IMG/VR virus record: IMGVR_UViG_3300042894_002524
Location: 25,828 to 89,827 of that record
Direction: 5' to 3' (one strand)
Length of the DNA stretch: 64,000 nucleotides
DNA from: a virus
Shown: piece after piece, positions 63,460-64,000 of the stretch
Position numbering within the stretch: position 1 is the stretch's first letter
Layout of the letters: every line of letters begins with the position of its first letter
Position numbers and translations under genes: made by a program
Notes under the pieces: generated by a model
Seen by the model: only the letters and a program-made list of their open reading frames with translations
Told to the model about the DNA's origin: nothing
Databases searched by the model: none

Positions 63460-64000
63460 TGGTGCTCTCTAATCTACTCTCAGCAAAACTTTCAGAATCT
63501 TGGGAAGAAGCAGCTTCATTTACTGTTAAAGAGCTATTCGGATTCATTTCTGAAAATGAAGAACTATTTGCAGATATTACAAGAGATGTTACTTTGTGTA
63601 ACAAGGTTCTTGGGAATGATTTTGTTGAGAATATGAGGACTATTGTTGATTATATGATCACAGTAAAAGTTTGGGATCATGACAAAACAAATGACTTTGA
63701 AGTAGCATCGGCTATTGTAAACTATTGGTGTATTCTTTCTGTTCTTTCATTTTTGTCATTAAAACAAATAGATAAAGATTTAGATTTGAACGAATACAGA
63801 GATTGGACTCTCCTTACTGTTACTAGAAAACAAAGAGACTATGGTTCGGACAATATTGCCAAATTTGGTCTTAATGGTTTAGTAATTAGGATTCATGATA
63901 AAGTAGCTCGCCTTGAGAATTTAATTAAAAAAGGTTCCGGTCCATCTAATGAATCTCTCCAAGATACATTACTAGACATCATTGGGTATTCCATCATTGC
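63459..64000 (+). CDS. DUF1599/Nmad1-like nucleotide-modification-associated protein (partial; absent from ORF track)
   Basis: Manual translation: ...RKQRDYGSDNIAKFGLNGLVIRIHDKVARLENL...NESLQDTLLDIIGYSII. Confidence 0.8.
   Translation, partial: MVLSNLLSAKLSESWEEAASFTVKELFGFISENEELFADITRDVTLCNKVLGNDFVENMRTIVDYMITVKVWDHDKTNDFEVASAIVNYWCILSVLSFLSLKQIDKDLDLNEYRDWTLLTVTRKQRDYGSDNIAKFGLNGLVIRIHDKVARLENLIKKGSGPSNESLQDTLLDIIGYSII

Noticed and set aside
1-64000. Stop-codon reassignment or prophage/host boundary
   Set aside because: Standard code gives dense full-length genes; no integrase, att-like context or host housekeeping block.

Overview
A 64-kb fragment of a large, AT-rich (roughly 40% GC by eye) tailed dsDNA siphovirus. 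A WhiB-family gene and apparently leaderless genes point to an Actinobacteria host, probably freshwater. Gene content loosely recalls large Streptomyces siphophages (inference). Positions 1-58914 are read on the minus strand, in this transcription order: glycosyltransferase, class II ribonucleotide reductase, portal, prohead protease/scaffold, major capsid, a ~13.5-kb accessory block, head-tail and tail genes, a 3967-aa tape measure, tail tip and fibre, an HNH nuclease, then replication genes (WhiB, DnaB, primase, SSB, DnaE, two methyltransferase-like genes, glycosyltransferase, RecA-like). The accessory block holds chained fibre proteins, a Thr-rich surface protein, lysis genes, Gly-rich adhesin-like proteins, a 2OG-Fe(II) oxygenase and a flavin halogenase. 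Coding switches to the plus strand at an AT-rich repeat region near 58.95 kb (ThyX, putative head-cargo proteins, an HslV/proteasome-beta-like protease, a DUF1599-like gene). No terminase, integrase, tRNA or CRISPR was seen. Best candidates for new biology: (1) a His-rich adhesin-like protein coupled to an oxygenase and a halogenase, possibly a virion modification or metal-binding system; (2) an unannotated 9-Cys metallothionein-like peptide; (3) paired docking motifs that chain the fibre genes; (4) polyprotein head cargo split by K-A/S sites; (5) RNA structures ahead of the tail chaperone and protease genes. All family names come from motif recognition, not database searches.
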